From NCBI GenBank assembly GCA_042217695.1, contig JBDGSE010000036.1, forward strand, positions 1-52,667: a DNA stretch of 52,667 bases, written 5' to 3'. The notes beneath the pieces were generated by a model that saw only the letters and a program-made list of their open reading frames with translations, did no database searches and had not been told where the DNA came from. Both the position numbers and the translations under genes were made by a program. Of this stretch, positions 9,216 to 19,287 are shown piece by piece. This DNA comes from Candidatus Nanohaloarchaea archaeon (GTDB lineage: Archaea; Nanohalarchaeota; Nanosalinia; Nanosalinales; Nanosalinaceae). Numbering within the stretch: position 1 is the stretch's first letter; the number at the start of each line of letters is the position of its first letter.

Positions 9216-10829
9216 GTGAGCGAAGACACCTGCAAATTCGGCCACACCTTCATGGTGGACGGGGCCGGGGACAAGATACACAGAAAAATCCGGGATGGAG
9301 AGGTAGAAACCCTGGAAGATGTAAGAGACGAACTGGGCAACGACTTCCTTAAGCCACTGTTCGGCAGCCCGCAGAAACACCTCAAGATCTCGGGAGGGTC
9401 TTCGGGCAAGGCCTATGGCGCGATTATTGGAGCGGCCGACAAGTTCCACGATGATCTGGACTACGACGTTTCGCGCTCCGAGGAACGTATCTTCGTATCG
9501 CCGCAGAACCAGATGCACCAGTCTTTCATGCAGAGAAAGAGAGAGGCGGAGAACAACGTAAAGGAAACGATGCAGAGCTACGAGCACCTGCTTAAACAGA
9601 AACACATGCTTGAACACGATATAAGAAAGCTGCGTTCCAGGGCCGAGGCCTTCGATTCGAGGGACGAGACTCTTCTCAAGGCGGACTTCGTGGAACTCGT
9701 CGATGGGAGAGGAGGTGGGACACAGCAGGGCGCCGAGGAGATGCCGCTGAAGTCGTTCCGGGACAACAACATATACCCCACGATAGTCGCGGACTTCAAC
9801 GAGATGGAGTCGGCGGACGACCTGAAACCCGAGAAGAAGGGAGGTACCGGAAAGCTCGCCGATCTGCCGAGGAACGAGAAAGCCATACTCCGGAAGAAGT
9901 GGACGATGTACGAGAAGTGGAAGGACATGTACGGCAGCGAAGTTAACCGGAAACTCCGGGAACTGAAAGGTCAGCTGAAACGTGTCGAGAAATCAATAGA
10001 GGAGACGAAGAAGTGGCTGGAGCCCTACATCCAGGACATAGTGCAGATCCACGAAAAGGAGAGAGGGGATTACGCCGACGAGATGAACAGCTACGTTATA
10101 TGGAAGGGATACGCCTCGATGGAGAGAAACCTGGAGTTCATAGGCCACAAGGGCCTGGTGAAGAAAGGAGAGGATATCGTGGTGGCGGAGGACGAGGAAC
10201 CCACCCACTACCGGATAGTCTACATCCACGGGGTACACGTGAACCTTGCCGGCGGATCCCAGCCACAGGACCCCTCACAGGGGCCATCAACCGCGGTAAT
10301 ATTCGTTCACAAGGCGATTGTCTGCAAACACGTCTTCGAGAACATCTTCCAGGCCAAGATTAACAAGAAAGAGGAACGGTTCGAGCAACTGATGGATGAG
10401 TACACCGGAGAGTTCAAATCCTCCAATGGCGAAGAACTGAAGGAGGCCCGGAAAGAGGCGGAGATGAGTGTCCGCGAACTCCGGGAGAGGATAGAGTCAA
10501 GAGTCGAGGGAAACGTCCCTCTGGAGGTGTCCTCCCGGATAAGACGGGTCGAAGACGGTCTTGACCCGGTGGAGACGCTGAGCGAGGAATACGTCGAGGC
10601 CATCGACGAGATACTCGATACGGAGTTCGCCAGTGAAGGTGGAGGGGGAGGTTCGGAGAATATGTACTCCGATTTCCAGCAAACACTGCGAGAGTTCGTC
10701 GGACTGGTGGACGACTACCACCTGACAGGTGACCAGGCGAAGACCGCTATGGGCGACCTCCGTGCAGACATCAAATACAACTTTTACATCGACTACAAAC
10801 TCGGTCAGGGCCTTTTCACGATGAAATAA
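9216..10829 (+). CDS. Uncharacterised coiled-coil protein with embedded XRE-type HTH
   Basis: 537-aa ORF, TAATG overlap with next gene; GEELKEARKEAEMSVRELRERI...SRIRRVEDG. Confidence 0.7.
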   Translation: MSEDTCKFGHTFMVDGAGDKIHRKIRDGEVETLEDVRDELGNDFLKPLFGSPQKHLKISGGSSGKAYGAIIGAADKFHDDLDYDVSRSEERIFVSPQNQMHQSFMQRKREAENNVKETMQSYEHLLKQKHMLEHDIRKLRSRAEAFDSRDETLLKADFVELVDGRGGGTQQGAEEMPLKSFRDNNIYPTIVADFNEMESADDLKPEKKGGTGKLADLPRNEKAILRKKWTMYEKWKDMYGSEVNRKLRELKGQLKRVEKSIEETKKWLEPYIQDIVQIHEKERGDYADEMNSYVIWKGYASMERNLEFIGHKGLVKKGEDIVVAEDEEPTHYRIVYIHGVHVNLAGGSQPQDPSQGPSTAVIFVHKAIVCKHVFENIFQAKINKKEERFEQLMDEYTGEFKSSNGEELKEARKEAEMSVRELRERIESRVEGNVPLEVSSRIRRVEDGLDPVETLSEEYVEAIDEILDTEFASEGGGGGSENMYSDFQQTLREFVGLVDDYHLTGDQAKTAMGDLRADIKYNFYIDYKLGQGLFTMK

Positions 10830-13372
10830 TGAAATACAGCAAATACATCCTGGACTCCGTGAAGGAGGCGTTCGGCGACACCGATGAGAGCAGCGGGTTC
10901 CCCGATCTGAACTATGTGGTGGGTAACACCTCTGGCCTGGACGTGGCGCCTGATGTCCCCTCGCCGATGAGCCAGAGGATCGGCCAATTAGCGCAGCGCG
11001 GCGGGAGCGTGATGGAGCTGATAATATCGAACCCGGCGACGTTCCAGGTCGACAAGGCAGAGATGATGAACACGATAGACCAGCTTGATATCGATGTTTC
11101 CATCCACTCCGATCCCTCCACTGGTTTCGCCTCTGCCTACCGCACGAGGGGAAGGCAGGGTGCAGGATACGACACCGCCCACGAATACTTTACCCGTTAC
11201 CTCAAGCAGGTGGCGATATTCAAGAGCGAGGTCGAACAGCGGGGTATCGACTTCGACATACAGCGCATAAACCCGCATATCTCCACCACAGGGCTCCCAT
11301 CGCTTACAGAGAGGATGGCCGACGACGTGGGGGTGGACCCGTTCGGTTTCGAGATGGGAAAGCTCGGTAAGGACTCCAGGGCCGAGAGAAACAAAGATGG
11401 ACAGAACATCTTCGCGAACGAGGAATTCCTGCGCCGTTTCTACCACATGTTCCTGACGGAGAGAACGCCCGAGCCCAAGTGGAGGCTGTTCACCAACTAC
11501 CTTTCCCGGTACTCCCGAAAGTTCGACAGGATTTACAGGGACGCCCAGAGACAGGCCTGCGACTACTACTTCCAGGCCGGCGTGGATAGGGAGGAAGACG
11601 ATCCGTTGATGACCAAGGTCGCGCTGGTATCAAGCGCGGCAAGGGCGGATACAGGCGCCCAGACAGAATGGCTGGACCTGGTGAGCGACCCCCTTGATGA
11701 GTCCGTGGAGGTGCCCATGGCGGTTGCAAGGCAGCAGGCCAACGTGACAAGAGACATAACAACGCTTGAGGATGTCAACGACCTGCTGGGTATGAATACC
11801 CGGGTATCAAGGCTTTCCATGCTTCCGGAGGCAGTTCACAGGATAAGGAACGGGAAATGGGCTAGCAGGGAGATAGATATCGAGAACACCCCGGATGCGA
11901 AGCTCCAGAGGATAAGAGAGATGGCTCTCGAGGCAATCAGGGAACGTCTTGAAGAGCTCTGGGAGGGTCACGGCGACAAATTCCTTATCTCGGTCGAGGG
12001 TAAGAGGAGCGCGATATCGAACCACCTGGACATCGAGGTACAGCAGATACTGCAGTCCGCGGTAAAGGTTGGGAAGGCGGAGGACTTTGAAACCGGCGAC
12101 GAATACGAACTGGACGAAGCTGCCGAAAAAGTGGTGATGGGTAAGAAAGAGTTCTTCATGGAGGACGATGAACACGTTGAAGAGCGTTACCACAGCATGA
12201 TGGAGGAGATCGGGCGACAGTACGACCGACTGATGTGGATGGAGTCCAACCTGTTCTACTACATAATACCTGCGTGGATGACCACTTCCTCGAAAGAGTA
12301 CGAGAACCATCCTGGATGGGACGCACCCGAGTTCATCTGGAAGACCCTGGTCGAACGCAAATGGGGCGACAGCTACGATCTGGACCTGACCGAGCCCGAC
12401 AAAGAAGGCGGCTACTTCCAGGCACTGGAGAACCGTAAATTCCAGATGGACGTTGCCGCCGCGGTAGGTTCTGTCTACGTCTGGGGCCACTTCACCCAGA
12501 AGAAGAAGCACTTCAAGATAGACAGGGAGCAGTACGTCGACGACCTGGAAGGCGAGTTCACATGGATAGAATGGATGAACCAGTTCGGAATAGGGGTGAA
12601 CATGGAGACGATGGTGGGTGGAGCAGACCAGCTGATTAAGATCTGGAGGCCCAAGGACATCGTCACCGCGTGCAGGGCTATAAACATGACTGCGCGCGAC
12701 GAACTCGACGAGATACACCCGGATCTCTACGGCAGGCCGGCCAAGTTCACCATCGACCTTGAGCACACCGCGTCGTTCGGCGTCGACCCGTGGAAGGAGA
12801 TGGAGGTGCTGATAGAACAGGAAAAAGAACTCGCGAGGAGCGGGTTCATAGACGCAGACCCGGAGAAACCTCTTGCGGACATCCTGAGGAACTGGCACAT
12901 GATAAAACCCGGGCTTGAAACCCAGCAGAGCGACTCCAGGCACGGCCCCTGGGCCAGGGGAGACACGCAGATGTACGAGTGGCTGTACAATATGGTGGAC
13001 GCAGGTTTCGCCCGTGGAGATGAGGTGGCGTACCTGATGTACGAGGTCGGTGGGGAACAGCGGGGCACGGTTTACACGGCGAGGATAGCCATGAACCTGG
13101 TAGAGCTGGGCGTGGAGCCGGATGAACTGGACCCCACGGAGATAGATCCTGACGGCAACTACGACAACGAGAAAGAGGCGCTGATGGCGCGTTTCTTCGG
13201 GATGGACAGGGCCAGTATCGACCAGGAATGGGCGAAGATCGAGGAGCACGCGTTCGATCCGTTGAAGGGCCTTCTCGAGGCGGAGGAGTTCGACTACACC
13301 TGGTCCGGCAGGGCGGCCCTCGATGAAGGGGAGAAGAGGCCGGGTGAATGGGAGGGAGAGGAGTACAGGTAG
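10829..13372 (+). CDS. Large xylose-isomerase/endonuclease-IV-like TIM-barrel metalloenzyme with long insertion
   Basis: SIH(93)SDP, NPH(150), NME(593)T, TID(643)LEH(646), WH(690)M, RH(705)GP, MYE(739). Confidence 0.7.
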   Translation: MKYSKYILDSVKEAFGDTDESSGFPDLNYVVGNTSGLDVAPDVPSPMSQRIGQLAQRGGSVMELIISNPATFQVDKAEMMNTIDQLDIDVSIHSDPSTGFASAYRTRGRQGAGYDTAHEYFTRYLKQVAIFKSEVEQRGIDFDIQRINPHISTTGLPSLTERMADDVGVDPFGFEMGKLGKDSRAERNKDGQNIFANEEFLRRFYHMFLTERTPEPKWRLFTNYLSRYSRKFDRIYRDAQRQACDYYFQAGVDREEDDPLMTKVALVSSAARADTGAQTEWLDLVSDPLDESVEVPMAVARQQANVTRDITTLEDVNDLLGMNTRVSRLSMLPEAVHRIRNGKWASREIDIENTPDAKLQRIREMALEAIRERLEELWEGHGDKFLISVEGKRSAISNHLDIEVQQILQSAVKVGKAEDFETGDEYELDEAAEKVVMGKKEFFMEDDEHVEERYHSMMEEIGRQYDRLMWMESNLFYYIIPAWMTTSSKEYENHPGWDAPEFIWKTLVERKWGDSYDLDLTEPDKEGGYFQALENRKFQMDVAAAVGSVYVWGHFTQKKKHFKIDREQYVDDLEGEFTWIEWMNQFGIGVNMETMVGGADQLIKIWRPKDIVTACRAINMTARDELDEIHPDLYGRPAKFTIDLEHTASFGVDPWKEMEVLIEQEKELARSGFIDADPEKPLADILRNWHMIKPGLETQQSDSRHGPWARGDTQMYEWLYNMVDAGFARGDEVAYLMYEVGGEQRGTVYTARIAMNLVELGVEPDELDPTEIDPDGNYDNEKEALMARFFGMDRASIDQEWAKIEEHAFDPLKGLLEAEEFDYTWSGRAALDEGEKRPGEWEGEEYR

Positions 13373-13406
13373 TTTTTACTGAGGAGTAATAAATAATTGA
13401 CAAAGG

Positions 13407-13413
13407 TTTATAA
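13407..13413 (+). promoter_or_regulatory. TATA box with purine-rich BRE upstream of the nucleotidyltransferase
   Basis: CAAAGG-TTTATAA about 33 nt before ATG 13446. Confidence 0.6.
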
Positions 13414-13445
13414 GTTTCGTGAAGGAAGACACTACCGTGGTCTCC

Positions 13446-14681
13446 ATGAGTTCAAAGGACAAGATGAAAGAGATGCGCGAGAAATCGCAGGAAAGACGTA
13501 TCGAGGCCGTGGAAGAGTTCTCGGAGAAACTTAAGGACAAGCTCGGCGACAAGGTAAAGGTAGTCGCGGTCTGGGGCTCCGTCCCGAAAGGAGAACACGG
13601 CTATGAATCCGACATCGACACTCTCGTTGTGCTGGATGACACCAAGCTCCAGAATGATGTCCCCGAGGACGCAAAGAAGAAGATACGTAGAAAGGTCACA
13701 GACCTCGCCAAGGAGACCGATGAAAGGATAACCATACAGTACTTCCCGTTCCTCACCGATTTCTGGGACTCCCTTAGGAAGGGGGAACCGCTGGCCATCG
13801 AGGCCGTGAGAAACGGGGAACCTGTCTACGACACCGGTATATTCATGCCGGCGAAACGCTTACTGGAGAGGGGAAAGATCTCCGGCACACAGGAGTCAGT
13901 CCGGAAAAGACTGAAGCTCGCCGCCACGGGATACAAGAAGGCGGAGAAGAACCTGAAGTCATCCATCCCCCACAAGCTGGAACAGGTGATGGCGAACGCC
14001 GGGCAGGCACCTATCATGCTGGTCGGTAAGACCCCGCCAGGCAAGGAGAAAGTGCCGGACACCCTCGAGGAGATGTTCGTCGAGAAAGACATGCTTGAAG
14101 AGGAATACGTTGAACTTGCGAGAGACATCTACGAATTCGCGGACCAGGGAGAGAAAGACCCCTCCGAGGTGAAGGGTGCAGAAGTCGAGGAACACCTGGA
14201 GAAGACCAACGAGTTCGTGGAAAGGATGCACAAACTGGTGTCCCAGCTGGGCGCACGGAAAAAGGTCAAGGGGATTGTGGATGACTACAAGCGTTTCCTG
14301 AAGGCGAACGTTGCCGCACTGAAGTCGAAGGGTGTCGAACCACCGGAGGACAAGGAGGACCTGCCCTCGGTGGTCGAGCAGAACCTGGACGTTGACGAGG
14401 AGCACGTGGAGATGTTCGACCGCTGGGAATCCGTTATCGAGAAAGTGAAGAACCGCGAACTGGACGAAGTCAACGACAAGGAGATATACGAACTGAAGAA
14501 CGAGACCCGCGACTTCGTGTCGGAGATCGGCAAGGATCTGAAGAAGGCCAAGGAGGGCAAGAAGATGGCTCCCGATATGGACGCTTCCTCGATCGCGAAG
14601 GCCGCCGACACCGGGGAAGTCGTGCCAGACCTGGAAAAAGAGGCGGAGAAGAAGGTAAATGAGGAAGAAAGTGACGAGTAG
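13446..14681 (+). CDS. Pol-beta-superfamily minimal nucleotidyltransferase fused to HEPN-like helical domain(s)
   Basis: WGS...SDIDTLVVLDD (GS/DxD) motif; helical C-terminal region; ATG 13446 preferred over GTG 13419. Confidence 0.85.
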   Translation: MSSKDKMKEMREKSQERRIEAVEEFSEKLKDKLGDKVKVVAVWGSVPKGEHGYESDIDTLVVLDDTKLQNDVPEDAKKKIRRKVTDLAKETDERITIQYFPFLTDFWDSLRKGEPLAIEAVRNGEPVYDTGIFMPAKRLLERGKISGTQESVRKRLKLAATGYKKAEKNLKSSIPHKLEQVMANAGQAPIMLVGKTPPGKEKVPDTLEEMFVEKDMLEEEYVELARDIYEFADQGEKDPSEVKGAEVEEHLEKTNEFVERMHKLVSQLGARKKVKGIVDDYKRFLKANVAALKSKGVEPPEDKEDLPSVVEQNLDVDEEHVEMFDRWESVIEKVKNRELDEVNDKEIYELKNETRDFVSEIGKDLKKAKEGKKMAPDMDASSIAKAADTGEVVPDLEKEAEKKVNEEESDE

Positions 14682-14688
14682 TGTAGAG

Positions 14689-15081
14689 ATGGAAAAATTC
14701 CCTGTCGGAAGACTCCGGGGATCACTGCTTTTCGTACGCTACGACTGGAAACCCGGAGAACTGTACGAGATATTCTCTGGACTGGAACAGGACCTGCAGG
14801 GACTTGCCGCAGAGGTCGAGACCGAACCGGTGTTCTTCCTGTACGACGAGGAAGACTGGGAGACGGATTCGATCGATGACCTGCTCGATGGAGACACCTT
14901 TCACGTGGGCTGGGGCCGGCTGTCCGCCGACTCCGAATACTTTGAGGGCTCTGCGACATACCTGCCCGCTGTGTCAGGGAACAATGCGTCGATAGAGGCG
15001 GAATTCGAGGTGGAGGACAACTACGAAAGGGAGTTCCGCGAGGTCCTGGAGGATAACGGCTTTAAAGAATACCGGGTTTAA
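14689..15081 (+). CDS. Acidic hypothetical protein
   Basis: ATG 7 nt after the NTase stop; typical codon usage. Confidence 0.6.
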   Translation: MEKFPVGRLRGSLLFVRYDWKPGELYEIFSGLEQDLQGLAAEVETEPVFFLYDEEDWETDSIDDLLDGDTFHVGWGRLSADSEYFEGSATYLPAVSGNNASIEAEFEVEDNYEREFREVLEDNGFKEYRV

Positions 15082-15701
15082 TCCTCTTCCGCCATCTCCT
15101 TGACCTTCTTCATCCGGAACGTTTCCTCCCTCTCTGACTCTTCCAGGGTCTGTGAAACGTAATCGAGCGCATCTCTCATCTCTGGAATAGTCTTGTGTTC
15201 CAGCGCGTTCACCCTGCGTTTGGTCTTCTCGATTTCCTCGAGAAGCCGCAGTATCTTGGTCTGGGTCTCTGCCGCGTCAACGATCTTCTCCAGTAGCTCC
15301 TCGTATTTTTCCGCGGTGGAGTCGATGCGGGAGCTTGAATCCATCAGGCCGTACTCCTTCTCAAGGATGGAGCGCTTTATCTGGCCGGACTCGATCTCCG
15401 GGACCACGACACCCATTATGTTCTGGGTGTCGGTCTCCAGCTCGGGTTCATCCGTGACAGGAAGGGCGTTGGCCCTGACCGCGTCCTCGCCGTCGTAGAC
15501 CTTCGCCATCAGGAGTTTGAAACGGGCCTGGGTGTAGAGATCGGCCAGTTCCTGGTTGACCGCCTGGGCGTCCTCCACGACCTCCATGAATTCATGGATC
15601 AATCCGTCGCGTTTCTTCTCCAGGATCTCGTGGCCGTTCTCGGCGAGCTCGATGCGTTCCTTCAGACGGAGTTCCTCCGAACGCGTGGGTTTGACATCCA
15701 T
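15078..15701 (-). CDS. atpD: A/V-type ATP synthase subunit D
   Basis: DVKPTR, GHEILEKKRDGL, EIEKTKRRVNALE; GAGGTGA SD 7 nt upstream of ATG 15701. Confidence 0.95.
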   Translation of the reverse strand: MDVKPTRSEELRLKERIELAENGHEILEKKRDGLIHEFMEVVEDAQAVNQELADLYTQARFKLLMAKVYDGEDAVRANALPVTDEPELETDTQNIMGVVVPEIESGQIKRSILEKEYGLMDSSSRIDSTAEKYEELLEKIVDAAETQTKILRLLEEIEKTKRRVNALEHKTIPEMRDALDYVSQTLEESEREETFRMKKVKEMAEED

Positions 15702-15749
15702 CGGGTTATCACCTCGGGTTGTCCGGGAGACCATGCAACGGCAGGGCCA

Positions 15750-17144
15750 TCATTCCCTGTCCCCAGAGTTTTCTTCCTGGTTTTCCATGTACTCCTCCCG
15801 GGTCTCCGGGTCGATGCGGGTGAGTTCTTCCTCGGGCACGATCGAGAGCAACTCCCAGGCCAGCTCCAGAGACTCCTCGATGGAGCGGGCCTCGTGGTTA
15901 CCCTGGTTGACGAACTGCTTCTCGAACTCCCGGGTGAACTCGAGCACGCGCTCGTCTTTGTCGCTCAGTGCGTCCTCTCCAACGATGGATACAAGGTCGC
16001 GGAGGGACTGCCCCTCCGAGTACAGCGCGTATAACTGGTCTGATACCTCGGAGTGGTCCTTCCGTGTGAATCCCTCTCCTATACCGTTGTCCATCAGCCG
16101 GCTCAGGGACGGTAAAACGTCGACGGGCGGCACGTATCCGCGGTTGTCCAGGTCTCTGTCGACCACTATCTGGCCTTCTGTGATGTAACCGGTGAGGTCC
16201 GGGATCGGGTGGGTTATATCGTCGTTGGGCATCGTCAGGATTGGGAGCTGTGTTACAGAACCTTCCTGGCCCTCGATTATCCCCGCCCTCTCATAGAGTT
16301 CGGCGAGGTCGGTGTACATGTATCCCGGGTATCCTCTTCTGCCCGGCACTTCCTCTCTCGCGGCGGATACCTCCCTCAGGGCGTTGCAGTAGTTGGTCAT
16401 GTCGGTCATGATAACGAGGACCTCCATCCCTTTCTCGAACGCCAGGTACTCTGCGGTCGTTAATGCCATCCTCGGCGTGATTATTCTTTCCGGCGCGGGG
16501 TCGGAAGCCTTGTTGAGGAAGACGACGGAGCGTTCAAGCGCTCCTGTTTCGCGGAATTCCTCGATGAAGTCCTGGGATTCCTCCTCGGTGATACCCATGC
16601 CGGCGAACACAACCGCGAACTCCTCGTCCTCGCCTTTCACGTCGGCCTGTCGAGCGATCTGCATCGCCAGCTCGTTGTGTGGAAGTCCCGACCCGGAGAA
16701 GATCGGCAGTTTCTGTCCCCGGACGAGCGTGTTCATAACGTCTATAGATGAGATACCGGTCTCGATGAAGTCCTCGGGAAGCTCCCGGGAGTACGGGTTG
16801 ATGGCCTCTCCTATGATGTCCCGCTCTTCCTCGGGGATTATCTCGGGTCCGGAGTCGATCGGGTTGCCTGTGCCGTCAAGTACCCGTCCGAGCAGGTCCT
16901 CGGTAACAGGCATCTTCACGTTCTCCTCGAGGAAACGTACATGGGCGTCCTGTCCGACTCCCTGGGTTTCCTCGTAGACCTGGACGACAACGACATCCTT
17001 CGAGGTCTCAAGTACTTCCCCGCGTTTCACTTCTCCGTCGGGGGTCTCTATCTCCACGATGTCGCCGTAGGCGATGTTCTTGGTTTTCTCAACGAATACA
17101 AGCGGTCCTTTCACCTGGTCGATTGTCTGGTATTCTTGCTGCAT
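15750..17144 (-). CDS. atpB: A/V-type ATP synthase subunit B
   Basis: [45 protein letters not shown]. Confidence 0.98.
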   Translation of the reverse strand: MQQEYQTIDQVKGPLVFVEKTKNIAYGDIVEIETPDGEVKRGEVLETSKDVVVVQVYEETQGVGQDAHVRFLEENVKMPVTEDLLGRVLDGTGNPIDSGPEIIPEEERDIIGEAINPYSRELPEDFIETGISSIDVMNTLVRGQKLPIFSGSGLPHNELAMQIARQADVKGEDEEFAVVFAGMGITEEESQDFIEEFRETGALERSVVFLNKASDPAPERIITPRMALTTAEYLAFEKGMEVLVIMTDMTNYCNALREVSAAREEVPGRRGYPGYMYTDLAELYERAGIIEGQEGSVTQLPILTMPNDDITHPIPDLTGYITEGQIVVDRDLDNRGYVPPVDVLPSLSRLMDNGIGEGFTRKDHSEVSDQLYALYSEGQSLRDLVSIVGEDALSDKDERVLEFTREFEKQFVNQGNHEARSIEESLELAWELLSIVPEEELTRIDPETREEYMENQEENSGDRE

Positions 17145-17150
17145 GATAGG

Positions 17151-18905
17151 TCACCTCTCCAGCTCGGAGAACTCCTGCTGCATCTGTTCCCTGAGCTCTC
17201 CGATTTTCTCCTGGTAGTCCTCCGCGGTTTTGACCTCGCTGATCCTGGTACGTGTGTTGAGCGAGATGATGTCCTCCACGAGGGCGCCGTCTTCTAAAGC
17301 GTCGTAGGCGAGGTCGCCCCAGTCCAGTATCAGGTCAAGTATCTCGTAGGTCTTCTCTGGCGACGAGTACTGGTCCACCGGGTGGAAAGCGTTCTGCTGG
17401 AGGTAGAACTGTTTCACCATCGTCGCGATCTCCAGTGTCAGACGTTCGCGGTCCGGCAACGCATCCTTGCCGACCAGCTGGACGGTCTCCTGCAGTTCGC
17501 CGTCCTCCTGGAGCAGGTCCTTCATCCTCTGGATGTTCTCCTGCCATTCCTCGTCGACCTCCTCCTTGAAGTGGTCGGAGAGCATGTCCGAGTAACCGGA
17601 GTAGGAGTCATCCCAGTTGATGGCCGGGAAGTGCCTCTTCTCCGCCAGGTCCTTGTCAAGCGCCCAGAAGTTTTTCACTACCCTTAACGTGTTCTGGGTC
17701 ACCGGCTCGGAGAAGTCTCCGCCCGGCGGCGATACCGCGCCGATGATGGAGACTGAACCGGGTTCGTCCGGTCCCAGCGGTGTTACGCGTCCCGCTCTCT
17801 CGTAGAACTCCGCGAGCCTCGATGCCAGGTACGCCGGGTATCCCCGTTCGCCGGGCATCTCTTCCAGCCGGGCGGATACTTCGCGCATGGCTTCTGCCCA
17901 CCGGGAAGTCGAGTCCGCCATCAGCGCGACGTCGAGCCCCATGTCGCGGAAGTATTCGGCGATGGTTACCCCGGTGTAGATGGATGCCTCTCTCGCTGCG
18001 ACAGGCATGTTTGAGGTGTTCGCGATCAAGACTGTCCGGTTGATTATCCTGTCGCCGGTCTGCGGGTCCTCCAGTTCCGGGAACTCCTCGAGTACCTCGG
18101 TCATCTCATTGCCGCGTTCCCCGCATCCGATGTAGACGATGATATCGGCGTCAGCGAACTTTGCCAGCGACTGCTGTGTCACTGTCTTTCCGGTCCCGAA
18201 TCCTCCCGGAACCGCGGCGGTTCCACCTTTCGCCAGCGGGAAAAGCCCGTCAAGTACTCTTTGACCAGTGACGAGCGGCACCTCCGGCCTTAAATCGTCT
18301 TCGACCGGTCTTTCGTCACGGATAGGCCATTCCTGCCTCATCGCTATCTCCTCGCCGTTATCCAGTGTGACTACTGTTTCTTCCACGGTGAACTCCCCGG
18401 TCTCGATTTTCTCTACGGTTCCCTCTTCCGTGTTAGGCGGAACGAGGACTCTGTGGTCGCCGTAGTTTACCTCGACTTTTCCGACAGCATCTCCTGGAGA
18501 GACCTCTTCACCTTCCTCTACCAGAGGTATGAACTCGTACTCCTTTTCCGGGTCGATCCCTGGTGCGTCCTCTCCCCTGGAGATGAAGTCGCCTGTCTTC
18601 TCCTGCAGAACGGGTAGAGGCCGCTGCAAACCGTCGTAGATGGATCCCAGGAGTCCAGGTCCGAGTTCCACGGAGAGAGGCTCCTCAGTGTTCTCCACGG
18701 GTTCCCCGGGCTTCACTCCGGTGGTGTCCTCGTATACCTGGATATAGGATTTATCTCCCTCTATCTGGATGACCTCGCCCATGAGGCCTTCCTCGCCGAC
18801 GTGTACCACGTCGTACATCTGGGGTTCCATCCCGGTCGCCACCACGACCGGTCCCGTGACCTTGTAGATTTCGCCGTCTTTGTTCTGGAGGTCTGTCTGC
18901 GCCAT
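17151..18905 (-). CDS. atpA: A/V-type ATP synthase subunit A
   Basis: [10 protein letters not shown]-loop, [21 protein letters not shown]; no intein. Confidence 0.98.
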   Translation of the reverse strand: MAQTDLQNKDGEIYKVTGPVVVATGMEPQMYDVVHVGEEGLMGEVIQIEGDKSYIQVYEDTTGVKPGEPVENTEEPLSVELGPGLLGSIYDGLQRPLPVLQEKTGDFISRGEDAPGIDPEKEYEFIPLVEEGEEVSPGDAVGKVEVNYGDHRVLVPPNTEEGTVEKIETGEFTVEETVVTLDNGEEIAMRQEWPIRDERPVEDDLRPEVPLVTGQRVLDGLFPLAKGGTAAVPGGFGTGKTVTQQSLAKFADADIIVYIGCGERGNEMTEVLEEFPELEDPQTGDRIINRTVLIANTSNMPVAAREASIYTGVTIAEYFRDMGLDVALMADSTSRWAEAMREVSARLEEMPGERGYPAYLASRLAEFYERAGRVTPLGPDEPGSVSIIGAVSPPGGDFSEPVTQNTLRVVKNFWALDKDLAEKRHFPAINWDDSYSGYSDMLSDHFKEEVDEEWQENIQRMKDLLQEDGELQETVQLVGKDALPDRERLTLEIATMVKQFYLQQNAFHPVDQYSSPEKTYEILDLILDWGDLAYDALEDGALVEDIISLNTRTRISEVKTAEDYQEKIGELREQMQQEFSELER

Positions 18906-18971
18906 TAGCGGCCACCTCCGTGCTGTCCTGAACTTTTGTTTTCGTCCATTGAATTCACCTTCAAGTATTTT

Positions 18972-19283
18972 TTACGGGGTTATGTCCGCGCCTATCGCCT
19001 TCTTGATTTTCTCGTTAAGTCTTTCGGACTCCGCTTCCTCGGACAGAGGTACAACCACAGGTTCCACGGATTTCTCGGCGGACTGCATGACTCGCTTCGG
19101 CAGCTCTTCCAGGTCGGATTCCTCCACTATCAGTATCCCGAGGTCTTCCGCGTCCAGCAGGTCCCGGATTTTTTCGGTGTAGTTCTCCCTGTCGTATGTT
19201 TGTGTGACACCGGCCAGCTCGAAGCCGAGTGTGAACTCTGGCTTGCCGATGACCGCTATCTGCTTCTTCTTTTCTTCCTCCAT
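18972..19283 (-). CDS. atpF: A/V-type ATP synthase subunit F
   Basis: IAVIG..EFTLGFELAGV, IKKAIGADI. Confidence 0.95.
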   Translation of the reverse strand: MEEEKKKQIAVIGKPEFTLGFELAGVTQTYDRENYTEKIRDLLDAEDLGILIVEESDLEELPKRVMQSAEKSVEPVVVPLSEEAESERLNEKIKKAIGADITP

Positions 19284-19287
19284 TCTA

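Noticed and set aside
11807..13249. 480-aa antisense ORF (and similar long shadows at 28141-29241, 32310-33227, 44322-45380, 5404-6303)
   Set aside because: Antisense shadows of well-supported genes, expected from GC-rich codon bias; composition unlike this acidic proteome
15702..15734. Longer atpD start at 15734 (likewise upstream extensions called for nob1, sppA, tbp, NUDIX, DRG, DedA, aVLRF1)
   Set aside because: SD/TATA placement and homology-consistent N-termini favour the downstream ATGs
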